Source of the DNA: Phoronis australis
Lineage: Eukaryota > Animalia > Phoronida
Reading direction: 5' to 3'
NCBI GenBank assembly: GCA_002633005.1
Contig: NMRA01000012.1
Location: 1,732,179-1,796,178 of the forward strand
Length of the DNA: 64,000 nt
Positions 1-13,000 of the stretch are shown piece by piece. Each line of letters begins with the position of its first letter. The first letter of the stretch is position 1. Made by a program: the position numbers and the translations under genes. The notes under the pieces are model-generated. The model worked only from the letters and a program-made list of their open reading frames with translations. It was not told the origin of the DNA and ran no database searches.

Positions 1-429
1 ATTAGTGTCATTACAAACCCGCATTTCCATCAAAGATTCAAATGACTTTCATTTAGACTACTTACCATCAAAAAATTGATGAGAAGTGGATTCCTGGTTT
101 TCAAAAATAAACAATTAGTCATAACGTGAGATCATAGTCAGTGCATAAAATGATCCACATTCCCCATCAGGCTGTGAATTAATTAAAACCCCGGATGTAT
201 TTTAAAGAAGCTTTCTTTTCACCTTGTCAAAAATACACTTTACCCTGCAGTGTGACACTAGCTCATAATTTTGTCAGGGCTTCCAAATTCCGATGCCTGA
301 ATTTATAAATCAAACAAAATTAAGCCGGTACACTGCTGAATAATCTATCCCCTAGCAATAATGTTGACCGGAGAGGCTGCCACTGTGCAAGCATAGTCAG
401 ATTCTGGACGATAGACTATGCCTCTGTTG

Positions 430-580
430 CGAAACGTGCTTCTGGTGAATCATATGAGCCTCTGGTAGCCACTCGCTAACGGCCAATTGCCTATTAGCTG
501 AGTGGTTAGCATGCTTGCCAGTTGCTGGTATATCGGGGTCGCTGGTTCAATTCCCAGGTTGGGTAATCTCGGCATTTACA
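430..580 (+). mobile_element. tRNA-headed SINE-like repeat
   Basis: A-box TAGCTGAGTGG (495-505) and B-box GGTTCAATTCC (544-554). Homologous to 1280-1440 and 15248-15340. Confidence 0.6.
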
Positions 581-1279
581 ACAATAGGTAACTTTCTGTA
601 TGGGCACGCTTTAGAGTAATGAGCACGAAAGTGACTTCCCATTGACCCCGATTTGGTAGACAGAAATTCAATTCCTACACAGTGGTTCATGAAAATAAAA
701 GCAGAGGAATAAAGTCCACTGTCATCTCATTCCATTTGTTGTTTGGTTAGTTAAAGTTCACTATTTTATTTAAGCTTTTTGACACCTGCTGGAATCGAAA
801 TTCTCCCGCTTTATCAGTGACAGCCACGGGCTTTGTCGCAGATTCATCATAGTGGAAAATGTACGGAACAGGATGTCCTTGTTCATCTCAGTTGGTACTT
901 CAAATGGTCTGCTCTTTTTCGAAAAGCACTGGTACACCTCACTTTACAATAGTGGCGCTTCGTCTGCATGATAATAGCAGGAAAGGTTTTAAAATGCTGT
1001 TCAGACGAGTAGGTTGAAACCTCCCGTCTGGATTACATGTGATCTGTAGGTGGCGCTGAATGCCTGTCCACTAAAGACCTGATCGCCGTCTGGCAGATTA
1101 GTGAATTTCAATATGGCGCGGCTATTTCGAAAGTTAGCTGTTGGCGTAGTAGGCTCCTCGAACGGCACGTTTGGTGGCAGTCATCCTAGACCAGGAGTAG
1201 AGGACACTAATGTGAGACAATCATGTGTTCACTTGCAGGTGCCATGCTTATTCCATAGGAAAGGGGAAATGTTGTGATG

Positions 1280-1440
1280 AGAAACATGCTTACGGTGAAA
1301 CATACTAGTATGGGTCTCTGTTAGACACTCTCTAATAGGAATTTGCCTATTAGCTGAATGGTTAGCACGCTTGCCGATTTTAACAGGGTGGCTGATTTGA
1401 TTCCAAGACCCAAGTCGGGTAATCTCGACAATCACCACAC
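1280..1440 (+). mobile_element. Diverged copy of the tRNA-headed SINE-like repeat
   Basis: TTGCCTATTAGCTGAATGGTTAGCACGCTTGCC...GGGTAATCTCG matches 487-571. Confidence 0.55.
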
Positions 1441-4400
1441 CTTCGTGGCTGAAGACATCGGCCAAAGCGTCTTACTGCACAGCACTCAGTCGCATGTACC
1501 TATACTGGTTCACATGAGTTAGCTAGCAGCTCCAATGGCTGAAATGCTACAGCTTATTAGCCAGACAGATGAGCAGTCCACAAAGCCTAGGTCAGCTAGT
1601 TGGTGTAATTTTTGCCAGCAGTTTGTTTCCTCTGCCGCCTGGCTACAAAATTGGTAGAGAAAACACCACTTGTCTTGTGGAATAATGGCAGCGGCAGTTT
1701 TTGGGTGACTCAACCCACCAACAAAAGTGACAATTGTAACCCTTCACATGACTGTTTTTTGTTACCAGCAGCGAAAACGCTAGCATTCTCGCTAGTTTGT
1801 GAACGGGCTAACCTACAAAATCCACTTGCGCTGACTGTATGCATTGCCTACTATACAATACAGTCAGACAGTGACTAGGTACACCAACAGGCACCGCGTG
1901 TATAGTAAGTAAAACTCACAATAAATAAGCCCTCGTGGAATCTAGTGAATGTTGGCCGATCATCGATGACTCCGTGGTGTAGCAAAAAAAAAAGAAAGTT
2001 AGACACATGACTTACTAAAGCTCTGATTTCATCAGTCGTTGTCATCCTCTACTTTCCTTCTTCATGTTGTGTGTGGACAACTGACCCATTTCGTTGAGGT
2101 CACCCGTATGTATTGACGCAACTGACATCTACTGAGCAAAGGCAGTCTTCATCAATGAGATAAATATAGCTCACTGGTCTTCACAATGGCTTTCGTACCG
2201 AGGCAGGTGCAGCCAGAGCCAGGGTCATGGCGGGAGGGAGCCGATCCTAGAGTCTGAAAATCGATATATTTCTGTTCATCCAGGCATTTGAAAGTAGTCG
2301 GTGAGCAGGGAGCTCGATCCCTACCCCGGTGCCCTTATGCCCTGACGCTGTGGGGTTTTACCGCCTCAGCTCAACAAGCATTGGACCCATTCATTGGACT
2401 TCAAAAGACAGTAAATCACCGAGCCTACCGAAAACACGATTTCGAGGACATTAAATTTCTTCAAGCGTAATTAGTTAAAGTTCGTAATTACTCATGTAAG
2501 CTCGTGAATCAATTTAATTATCGGGTACAAATGTCTAGCATTAGAACTTTTTAAACTTTCCGCCCACCATCATGATGTAGGCCCATGTCAGGCCTCCACT
2601 GAGATTGCTTCGAACTGCGCCAATCCTATAACTTCTTGGAACAAAATGCCTTACCCAGTCTCGAGATTTCGTTCATCTACTTACGGCCTAAACTCCATAC
2701 GTAATCGAAGTGTCTCCGTATGGGGAACGAATTGTCTGAATCAATCTGTTGCAATGACCTGTCAAAATTAAATAGGCCTACATGGTCTCGACTTTTGTCG
2801 AGAGTGCCAGGACTATGTCCAGTGTGTCCTGTCTTTTGCTATATGTTGGCAATCATCAATTAGAGTTTTGACTATGCTTATTTACATATATAGTTACTTA
2901 AATTCTGTATAGTCTATATTCTTCTATACCTGTCTAGCTGTGAAGTCTACCAAATGACATGCATCTGGAGAATTTCTCGCTTACACTGGTCACCCGACCG
3001 CTCAGATTCCCTTAGCCCCAGACAACTTTTATGATGCCTACTCAACACGCCCTTTGTATTGATGTAGATCTGAGCTAATGAAGCGGAAAAGTAACAGCTA
3101 GCATCACTGTCTCAACAATGGTTGTTGTTAGAAACCCCTATTTGGTTTCCTCTGACATTTGCAGAGTTACAGCTAGCCTGCAACTCTGGAGAGTAGTTTT
3201 AACTTGGTACATTATAAATATTACAAAATTACTAAAAAGGTTAACTTGTGTTTATCTTCACAAAGGGCCACTTCCCAAAGGAACGATATGTCATGTTCAT
3301 ATTGGTTTTCTTTATTTAATTTTTAATGCTTCTGCCCACTTGTTTTTTTTTTACCGGGAACTGGTTGATAACTTTTTATCTAAGTTTTAAATCTGAAGTA
3401 CCAAGACAGTAGTAGATTTTGATCGCCAGCGAAACTTAATTAATTATGTTCATTAATTGTGATCACATCCCTGAACTTCCACATTACAGGTGCACTAAAC
3501 ATTTCATTAAAGTTTAATCTTCATTAGAACTCAAATCATAAAGTATATACAAAAGTGCAAATATGGTGATAACCAAGACTTGAATCTCTGGACAACATGA
3601 TTTTGGTGGCACTGACTATATAACTATTCTAGCTCTGTGCAGTAATAAAAAACTTACAAGTGGGCACACAAGTTTCCTGGTCAAAAATCGGGTTAATCGA
3701 AATTGAAAGAATATTAAAAAAAATGAATCCATGTGATATTGTTAACTCTCATCAGCGTTTGTATATCCACCGAGTTCATCAATACGCGCAGTAGTTTATC
3801 TTCTATCGAATCAATGGTTGTAGTTTTTGGATTATTAATTCATCGATTTTTAAAAATCGAAAAGCGTACTTGGTTGGGTTTTTTTTCAGCTGAATGTCGC
3901 CGTGGTGTTAGTTTTTAACGAAAATTAGTGGTTAATACATTTTGAAAATTCGCCATCAGTGTACAGTCCGAGATGTTTAGAACAGTTTATGGTCGGGTCT
4001 TGCTCGTATCGGGCAATGCGGTCATCACAACTGTACCTGACTCCGTTGCCGCGCTCTCTTTGATCCTGGTAAAAGCCGCTCAGAAGGATGAGCGGTGAAA
4101 ATTCCCGTATATCTTTAGAAATGTGTGACTTCCTTGTACTTCCGTGTAGGCGTAGTTTTCACGGTATGGTATATTTATCGGTACAGCACTCCTGTGCTGT
4201 TTTCTTTTCGCTGTCAGATATCTCACCCACACTGGATTTAAAATAAGTGTTTTACTTCCTTCCTTACTTATTTAATTAATTAATTTACATTTCGAAATAC
4301 CAGCGTAATTTTGTGGTGCCATGATCAATTTACAGTCGTCATTGCGAAAATAAGAATTATGGGCGTTCTTTTTCCCAAGGCCTCTGGGCGGCCGGCTATT

Positions 4401-4707
4401 GCCTGGGGTGTGTGCCCAGGCACGTACCCCCAATAAATTACAGGTCTCAGGATCAGGCGCAGGGCGGGGGCAAGGGGCAGTCGAAGTAGAAAAAGCATTA
4501 CGACAGAATGTCGAAGAAATTTATAAAAAAACATTTGTCAACTACCCCGGTTGACAGCTGGATTTAATCTTTGCGGGGGGTCTGGTCACGGTCAGGGTGC
4601 CCATGGAGTATAGAACGTCTAGATGCCCTTGACTTTGAAGCGTGGTCTTAATCATACATACTAAGAAAAGAATTGAGTTTATTGCAGACACTGCATTTCT
4701 GCAGGGG

Positions 4708-4786
4708 CATGGTCGGCGCACCATATAGGGGACTGGCGGCCCTATAGCCCACCCCCGGCACTCTTTTCAGAGCTGTGCCGCCCATG
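4708..4786. mobile_element. Second, oppositely oriented copy of the same mini element family
   Basis: AGGGG|CATGGTCGGCGCACCATATAGGGG ... GCTGTGCCGCCCATG|AGGGA. Confidence 0.55.
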
Positions 4787-5794
4787 AGGGATCCCTCTGT
4801 TTAGTTATAGGAATAATACAGTCATCTGTTGCTCTCTTTCTTCATTCGTTTTTCTTTTTCTTTGAAATTGTATACCACTTCATATAATCTCACGCCGGAT
4901 GTACAGTAGGGGGCCAGATGAGCATCAACTATTGTTCATTTCCTGTTTTTTGAAATTATATCACATTCTTTCATATTTATAGGGACCCCACAACTTAAAA
5001 GTGGCCTGTTGAACAGTTGGCAAAGACAATGATTTTGCTGTTTTATCCTTTCTTCTGAATGGGCATCGTACGCACGAAGTGCTCAATTAAGTATTGTGCG
5101 TTTCCGTTGTGCCGTTGATAATAGAGCCCGCCATCAAGTTTCACAATGACGTCAACCACTGCATAACAATTGAAAAGCACAAGTAGACATTAGTAGTTGT
5201 GACTTAATTCAATTTTGAATTGATCAATTTGAGAAGACAGATCTGGTCTCAGGTGATTCCCATCAGCTAAGCTTATAGAACAGTTCTAACCATCGCCATC
5301 GAACAAAATGCAGCGAGGTAATCGTGATTTGGAAATTAGCAGGCTTTTGAGAAGGCTAAACTATGCATTCTTGCGTGACGCTGTTTGAGCTAAAATAGCT
5401 AAAAAAACGAAGTCGTCGACCTCTTAATAAACTTTTCTTCTTAGTTCATAACATGGGCTTTAGGTAGGGTACAAGTGTAGGCGCTGTTGTCTTCTGCCGA
5501 TTAGTTCGCGATGACCTCCAAAGTGTACCAAATTGCGTTCAGGCTGTGCTTGCGTTATGTACCACGTTCTTCTTATCCATAAATAATAAGCGATGTAGGT
5601 TTTCTAAATAAGAATATTTTTATAGTGTCAATAGTCTGAACATTTGTATGGATAAAATGTAAACAAGTAATAACGGTAAATTGGAGCTGGTTCCTTGTCA
5701 CTATTGCCATATCATTTCATGTATGAGCAGATGCTGACATAGTCAGTTGACAGAAGGCAACACTCCCCAAAATATCATTACACCCTCTTTAATG

Positions 5795-5867
5795 CATGGG
5801 CAGCGCAGCACTGAAATAAGGGGGCGCACCATAGGGGGCTATAGCCCCCTATGGTGCGCCACCCATG
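5795..5867. mobile_element. 73-bp mini inverted-repeat element with 5-bp direct flanks
   Basis: TAATG|CATGGGCAGCGCA ... TGCGCCACCCATG|TAATG. Contains a perfect 38-bp palindrome at 5823-5860. Confidence 0.65.
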
Positions 5868-6932
5868 TAATGTGGCAGTATTTACTATACTGTACTGCGC
5901 GTCAGCAAGGACATTTGTCTCACAGTTGCATACTGTTGCAGCGCTAAATATTATTATACAATGCAGTCCGTAGCCAACATTGAGCGGGTGTGGTTCGAAT
6001 TTCTACAACGGTATATTTTTGATATTTTGCAAACGTCGCTACTGTTCAAGTTTTCGGTAAGACCTTTGACGCAGCTTAATTAGGGGGAAGGAAAATCTCA
6101 TTATACACGACGATGACTCTCAGCTCTATGTTCCTTAGATGAGACAGAACTTGTAATACCAGACGAGGATTCTGTAACGGTAGCGCTCGTAAAAAACGGG
6201 ACACAAATTCGGATATAATGTGGTCCAGCAAGAGAACGTTCTCGCGTTACCTCCTGCCAAAATTTCAAATCAGGCATGCTTAAATGCGCGATTACGCCAT
6301 ATACTCGGGGCGGAAATATGAAGTTAAGTCGGAGAATGACTTGACGAAATTGTGTATAGTGCTTGTATTTTTGAGCGTTACTAAAGTTTCTTACACCGCT
6401 GGAAATAGGAACAGCCCACTAAGATTCACTTCTCTGAAGGTTCACTGCTCAGAAAATATTTAAACTTTCGGACTCGGGTGAAATTTTAATACTTTTACAT
6501 GCAAAAATAAACGATACTTAGGTTATTAAATGCACCTATCTTGAAAAAAAACGCCCGAGTACTGAAACACTGTTTGGAATTCATGTACGTAGACAGTGAC
6601 CACCGTCTAGATGGCCAGGTACAACCAGGAGACGGTGGTTACCGACTGGCTAATGTGCACGTGAAATTGCCCGCATGTCTTAACACGGAAAAATGGGGCG
6701 CATTTGCATTTTTACTATAAAATACGAATGTTAATGAATTATCAACCACGACATATTCATCAAATGCATGTCAACATCTCATTGCAGCGCGACTGAAAAG
6801 TTTGGGGCCGCTGTGCCTCAACCTCACCCTAGGAACCACGCACATGACCGGGCCGAAACTAAAAGTAGATAATGGGCCACCCTGTCCCTGCCAGTCTTCA
6901 CGAAGTCAGTCTTCTTAAATTTAAAACCGCCG

Positions 6933-7075
6933 NNNNNNNNNNNNNNNNNNNNNNNNNNNNNNNNNNNNNNNNNNNNNNNNNNNNNNNNNNNNNNNNNNNN
7001 NNNNNNNNNNNNNNNNNNNNNNNNNNNNNNNNNNNNNNNNNNNNNNNNNNNNNNNNNNNNNNNNNNNNNNNNNNN
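6933..7075. other. Assembly gap (143 N)
   Basis: Run of N. Confidence 1.
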
Positions 7076-10037
7076 CCCCCTCCCTTACGGTATCCTAGAT
7101 CCGCCACTGCCCGGACCCCCGAGCTGTTGTCCCTGGCATGCTTGAAAAGGGTTGGGAGCAGACAATCAGAGTAGTGAACTGTGGAGTTCTGGATTTCTAA
7201 ATTAGGGAAATTCGGAGTAGTTAATTTTCGAAGGCAGTATCGAACCTTCGGAGTAGTGGACCTTGACGGAGTAGTGAACCTTCGGAACAGTGACGTATAA
7301 CCTTGGAAATGTTTCCCATAATGTTTGTTGCTAGTATAAGTCTGCGGCTGCGGGGTTCGTTGTGCAACATTGACACTGATTGACAAGAGAAGACTTTCTT
7401 CGTTGACGAAAGTTGAGGTCTAGACCTACTTTTCCCTAACAAAATGAGTAGTTTTTGAGCACGACGGAGGACTGTGAACTTACAGTCAGCATGTACTGAA
7501 TTTAAAAGAAACGCACACACGTGATGTACACGGATGAGTCAATCCACCAATCCGGTCACAACCAAAGTGGACAATGGATGAACAATATAATTATTTGCAT
7601 ATTCGACGATCACTTTCAATTCAAAATTTGAAAATGCCTGCACTTAACCGTGCCATGCTAGCAATTAAACCAAATTAACAGGAGCCACCACGTGCGTTCA
7701 ATGCTGATAAATAACATAAAGCCTCCTCTTATCGTCTGCTTGATCCTGTCCTCTACACAAACACCACTCGGGCAAAGTTGGCCGGGTACGGCCCGACACC
7801 ACATGACTAAGCGCTTTGAATCAGAGATTAAAAAATGGACGATCGCCGCACGCAAATAAAAAGTTCATGTTCAATCATCGTTTCGTCCATTCATTGGACA
7901 TCATCAGGATAATTATTTACAAAGGACAGCAAGTGCCAAAATACAGTTATCATTGTGGTTAGTACTACCAGCAGCTGCAACAATTTTGTTGTTGTCCACC
8001 TACATTCTTATATAAAAATATCTTTCAACGGAAATGCGGGGGGAGGAGAGCTTGATCGAACCCTCCGAACCTCCCCTGGCTAAGGGCCTGCAATGACAAT
8101 AAAATTGATTTGAATGCCATTCTAATGCCAGTTAAGTTGCATTGTGAATTGGTAATACAAAAAATTGCAAAGCAGAGAAAGGCACACTGAATAGTTCTTC
8201 ACTTGTCCGATTCCGCCGCTGGCAGAAGTGCATAAGCAATACGGTTTCCACCGCCCCAAAAAGGAGAGTTAGGCTGTAAGAAGTTGGGGTGACTTCAACT
8301 ATTTACTACAAGTTAAGCATACACTGTTTGTAAAACCTGAAGAGCCATCTTTCAAAAACAATTGCTTTGCTTAATGTATTGACATGAACCTTTTGTTTTC
8401 TCATTTTTTTTAACAGGGCAGTTTAGAGCTCTTAATACCACATAATGAAACCATGGCACAAAAGAAGTTCATTAACCCACCACTAAGTTGATTGGGTCTA
8501 CTTTGAAGTTTGCGATTTCAGATTGACCTAATTAGCACAGTTCAAGACTTTATAATAGGTGTACATGACACAGCATCAGTCACCAGTAAACATTACAGCA
8601 TCAGTGTCGCATTGTGCTTAGTGTCCAAGTTACTGCTGCATCTACTGAATCTTCTGCTGTCATCCCAAAAAACACTGATTTCTGTAGCCTCAAATAATTT
8701 TTGCCACTTGCGGTGCATTTGTTTTCGAATGGTCACTTACATTTATTCTCAATACTGCTAGTTTTGAAGAATAATTTGTCATGTGATTACGTGAAGATGG
8801 CTGAGGACATGAGGACAAGCCGTGCTGAGCAGTCACAGCAACCAATAAAACACGCAAGCCATGCAGAAGTTGCTGCGTCATGTGTGGCAAGCATTAAACA
8901 AAATTTAGACCTGGGTAAAGGTTATTGCATCTTTTTGGTAATCTATCAAGCCAAAGTTCAACAATACTATCAATGATTTCTTGACAACACAAAATATTAT
9001 TTTCAGAATGACCAATTTCTAACCTGTACAACATCTGCATTGTTTTATCGGGATAAAGCAATTAACACAAAGGCTTGCGTCCCAACACTTTCAAACTTCA
9101 AACAACAAATAAAGTTTGCGTTCTCCACAAAATTTCTTCCTTCTCAAGACTTCTGTTTTTGCACACGTCTTGGCTGCCATATAAAACTATGCAACAGCAC
9201 TGAACAGTCAAAATAAGTAACAAAATTAAACAGCACTAGCAACAAAACAGTAAATTAAGTATTACCTGAAATTAAAGCGACTATAACCCAGCATTCCATT
9301 CAAGAAGCACACTTTTGACTATGACCACATACCCTTATAAAATAGGTCTCAAATTATTCTTCACGCGGATGACACGCGACTTCTGGGTATGCAACGAGCT
9401 CGCTGACAGTTCTTTATTCCTCCACACTCGGTGACAAGCCAACTTGCAGAGTCAAGTCTCAAGCAATAATGAGTAGTAGATTCTTTCAGAGCCCTGAAAT
9501 CCACTCCAATAGGGCCATCCTGGATACAACTCTCCTTTGTTAAGGAGGTAAGAAAGCCCGCTGCTTTCACGACTTAATTTGTGGAATGTCAGGCACATTT
9601 TCACACAGGTCATGTCAGGTTGAGGTGTATTCCCAATTTCAACTGTTTAAAAAGTACCCGAATTGAAAGGTATCTTCAAGAAAGGGGATTCTGTTCAGTT
9701 CAAAATTAACCAGACGAACTTGCTTCATCCACTTGCTCTGCATTTTCTTATCTTTGATCAGAGTACAAAAAGTTCCCAAAGCCAGGTGTCCTAACATTGG
9801 ACAACAAATAATCGAATCTGAGTCCCCAGATAAGTCGAAGACATTGGCAAACAGATGCCCATGACATCAATGTATCTGTGGCAAAAAATAAAACTTGCAA
9901 AATCCTGTCTAGTATCAATTCCTAACAATATCAAACCATTCAAAAATGGTGAAAACAAAAAGATTTAATGACGTATACAAACAAACCACTTCTTCATTGT
10001 TGTGATATCATAAATATAAATGAAAATCCAGTCCCAG

Positions 10038-13000
10038 TCAGTACTGTGGGGTGCCCGACATTCTTGTTGAATGTCCATACTGATGGCGCCCATGGGCTTG
10101 ATGATTACGCAGCAGTTCTGTCATTTTTTCAACTTTAATCTTCTGCAAGTGAGCTAGAGTCTTTTTCTCAATGAAATCACTGAGAAATGAATCAACTTCT
10201 CGTTTTCCTTCTAGGAATTCTTCAGCCATTTTCTGAAAAAAGAAACACAATTATCTATATTATGTAACAAATCATTGACCATTGAAGATGCTATTAGCAA
10301 TAATATAATGTAGAGACAACCTTTCAATAACGTTGGTATCTTGCAATTTGGTCCAGATCATGCAAGTCCTATGTGCTATTATTACAAGAAGAGATTTCCT
10401 CTGCATTCACTTACAAGTGATTTGCATAAGTGAACGCACATACAGGTAGTTTTCAAAATAAACAGGTGTGGACAGCATTGAAATTTGACAAAGTTTCGGA
10501 GTACAAAAATGCATCAACAAATACATTTCTTTTCGATTAGAATACTTTTTAATTCTGGCTAAATCTGGGCAAAATCTCGACAGGTGTTGCGCTACACATG
10601 TGGTCAAAAGTGATTCCCAAAATGCATCAAATTATAATAGTACATACGGTATTACCAAACATTTTGCACACAAGATTCTTAAGGTACGTGCCATCTGATC
10701 ACACTGAAGTAAAATCTCACCTGTCCACCAAAAACACAAATCATAAATAAAGTTACACATTCCCAAGTTATCAGCGCTGTCACCAGATGTTTTCCAGCTG
10801 ACAATCACCCCTACTATGCATTTGAAAAACGACAGCAGCAGCGCTACATCATTGAGATTTACAGGAATTAAAATTCCCAAATTCCCATACCTCCGATTCT
10901 TCCTCTGTTTCCGCTGCTTTTGTCTGAAGAAGGGCATGAACTGTACCCAAGGACACATTAGACGAAAGGATATCTGAAAGAGAACAACAGAAAATTTAAA
11001 AGGGCAATAAATCCAAGCTTTCTGCCAAAAACCAAATTTTGATTTAATAGGTCACTTACCGATATAAAACCAATGTCATATAGAAAACCAATATCATCTA
11101 CTAGGTACTTACAAGGAGGAGGAATGATTTTCAGTTAGCAACTTTCTCTTAAGTTAATTGTTATGGTGGGTTAGTTTCAGTTGCCACGGCAATGTGGCCG
11201 TCAGGAACTCCAAAGTACAGTTATTATTACAATAACGAATTTCAATTATTTTACAATAAAACGAAAAAATTTAAAAATGTGATAATGTTTTGGAAGAGCA
11301 AATTCACTTGCCTGCGAAGAAAGCTGACGCTTTTAACTACAAAGCATGGCTTTTCCCAACTTTACCAAAAAGTAAGGTAACTGTCATGCAAGTATGCACA
11401 GAAATCCATGGAATTTTAAAACTGCCTTTCTCAGGAGTAAGGTTATGTACCTGACTACTCCTGCATTAGTGATACTCTTTGGGTATGCCATTTGCACACA
11501 TTTCTATATGAATATAAGAATTGGTGCATTTTTACCCCACAGGCACAGGAAAGTGGTATGTCGCAACACCAAGAGCTTTAGGCTACATCGGTGTTATGTA
11601 GCACCTCAAATCATTGCCCTACCAGGTTCAGGTTTTGCACTATAGCTACCATAAGACAGTATTTTGAAAAATTGCAGGCATTCCCAACAATGTTAGGAGA
11701 CCTTGATAAAGGCAATTTTAACAATTATTTTTGTTCAAACATGGTGAGATGATCGTAATTCACAAGATAAAACGCCACAGCAGGCTAACCGTCCTACCAC
11801 CCATCACTAATATTAAATATGATAAAACCAATCTAACTTATAATAAGTTAACAAACCTAATTTCTGTTTATTTGCATCAAACTCTGCCTTCTTCTGAGCT
11901 GCGATTTCATACGACTGCCCCAACTTTTCCTTGGCTTCCTCCAGGATTGGCTGACGGCTGAGATTAAATTCAGCTAAACTTTTGTTGCTGGCCATCAACA
12001 TCTCCTTGTCTACTTGAAAATTCTTGACCTGAAAATGAAAAGCATCAAGCTTTATGACTGAACAACTTAATAAATATATGTAATTCTGTAACCGGATTTG
12101 ATGTTAGTCACATTATTATAGCCTAATCAGGCAGCATCCAATGCGTTCTCACATTGACAACAAAAAAAGAGTGCAGGTGGCCTGATGCCTTTTGCGTTAC
12201 ATCAGGCGTGTTTAGGCCACAAGGCCGAGTCCATTACACTAATCACCTGATTATGACTCATGGGGATGCGACATCATCGGATTTTTCATCCAAGGGTTAA
12301 ATCTTCCAATCCGCCTGTTTGTTTCAGAAAGACAGAAAGACCGTTAAACCTGTATGAACAATCAATGTTAACCAAGCGGGTTATGTGTCCATCAAGTAGA
12401 AAATTACAGTGTCTATTGTAGGCAGGGTAAATCCCAACCAGATGTTGAGTAGTCGTAGCCTCCAAGCCACAGTTTGGACAAAATGAACATGCCATGTGGC
12501 CTGTGATGTTACGGTGCCGAGCTAAGTTGCAGTGTCCAGTAATAACCTGGATCAGCTGCCTTATAACAAGCCTATCTAAACATAACAGTTTCCTTGAACC
12601 TTTTGGTTCAACAGGACTTGAAAAATGTTGTTTAGTTTGTCTGCAGGCAGAGAGCTTTCTCCATGCATCCACGGATAGTTTGCGCACCCAGTGTCTTACC
12701 TTTGCTTTGCAGCACCTATAAGCAACTGGTATACAAGGTTCAGGTACAAAATAGACTACACTCGCTCGTTCTTTTGCAAGATTGTCAGCAGCTTTGTTAC
12801 CATCAATCCCAACATGGGCTTTAACCCAGTTTACATGAACAGTTCTACTAGCTGGTAGGTGGTTAAGCTCGTTTACACAGGCCAGGACGCAATGGGAGTT
12901 TATCTTGGGGTTAAGTTAGAGCTTTATAGCTGCTGGGCTGTCTGAGAGTTTGAAGAGTTCCTTGTTACCAAGGGCTTTTTCATGCTCCCTTGCCAGTTGG

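Noticed and set aside
487-560. Functional tRNA gene
   Set aside because: A and B boxes are present, but no consistent cloverleaf forms, and it is part of a dispersed diverged repeat.
6590-6884. Possible Tc1/mariner end (TGGGCCACCCTG) with a transposase-like tail
   Set aside because: No matching second TIR or clear coding motif was found, and the adjacent gap prevents confirmation.
6872-7386. Long ORFs spanning the gap
   Set aside because: They are open only because of Ns. The flanks are repeat fragments.
10965-10973. ATATCCTTT (U12 AT-AC donor consensus) on the minus strand
   Set aside because: It is the first 9 nt of VPS37 coding exon 3, directly after a normal CAG acceptor and needed for the reading frame. 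Treated as coincidence.
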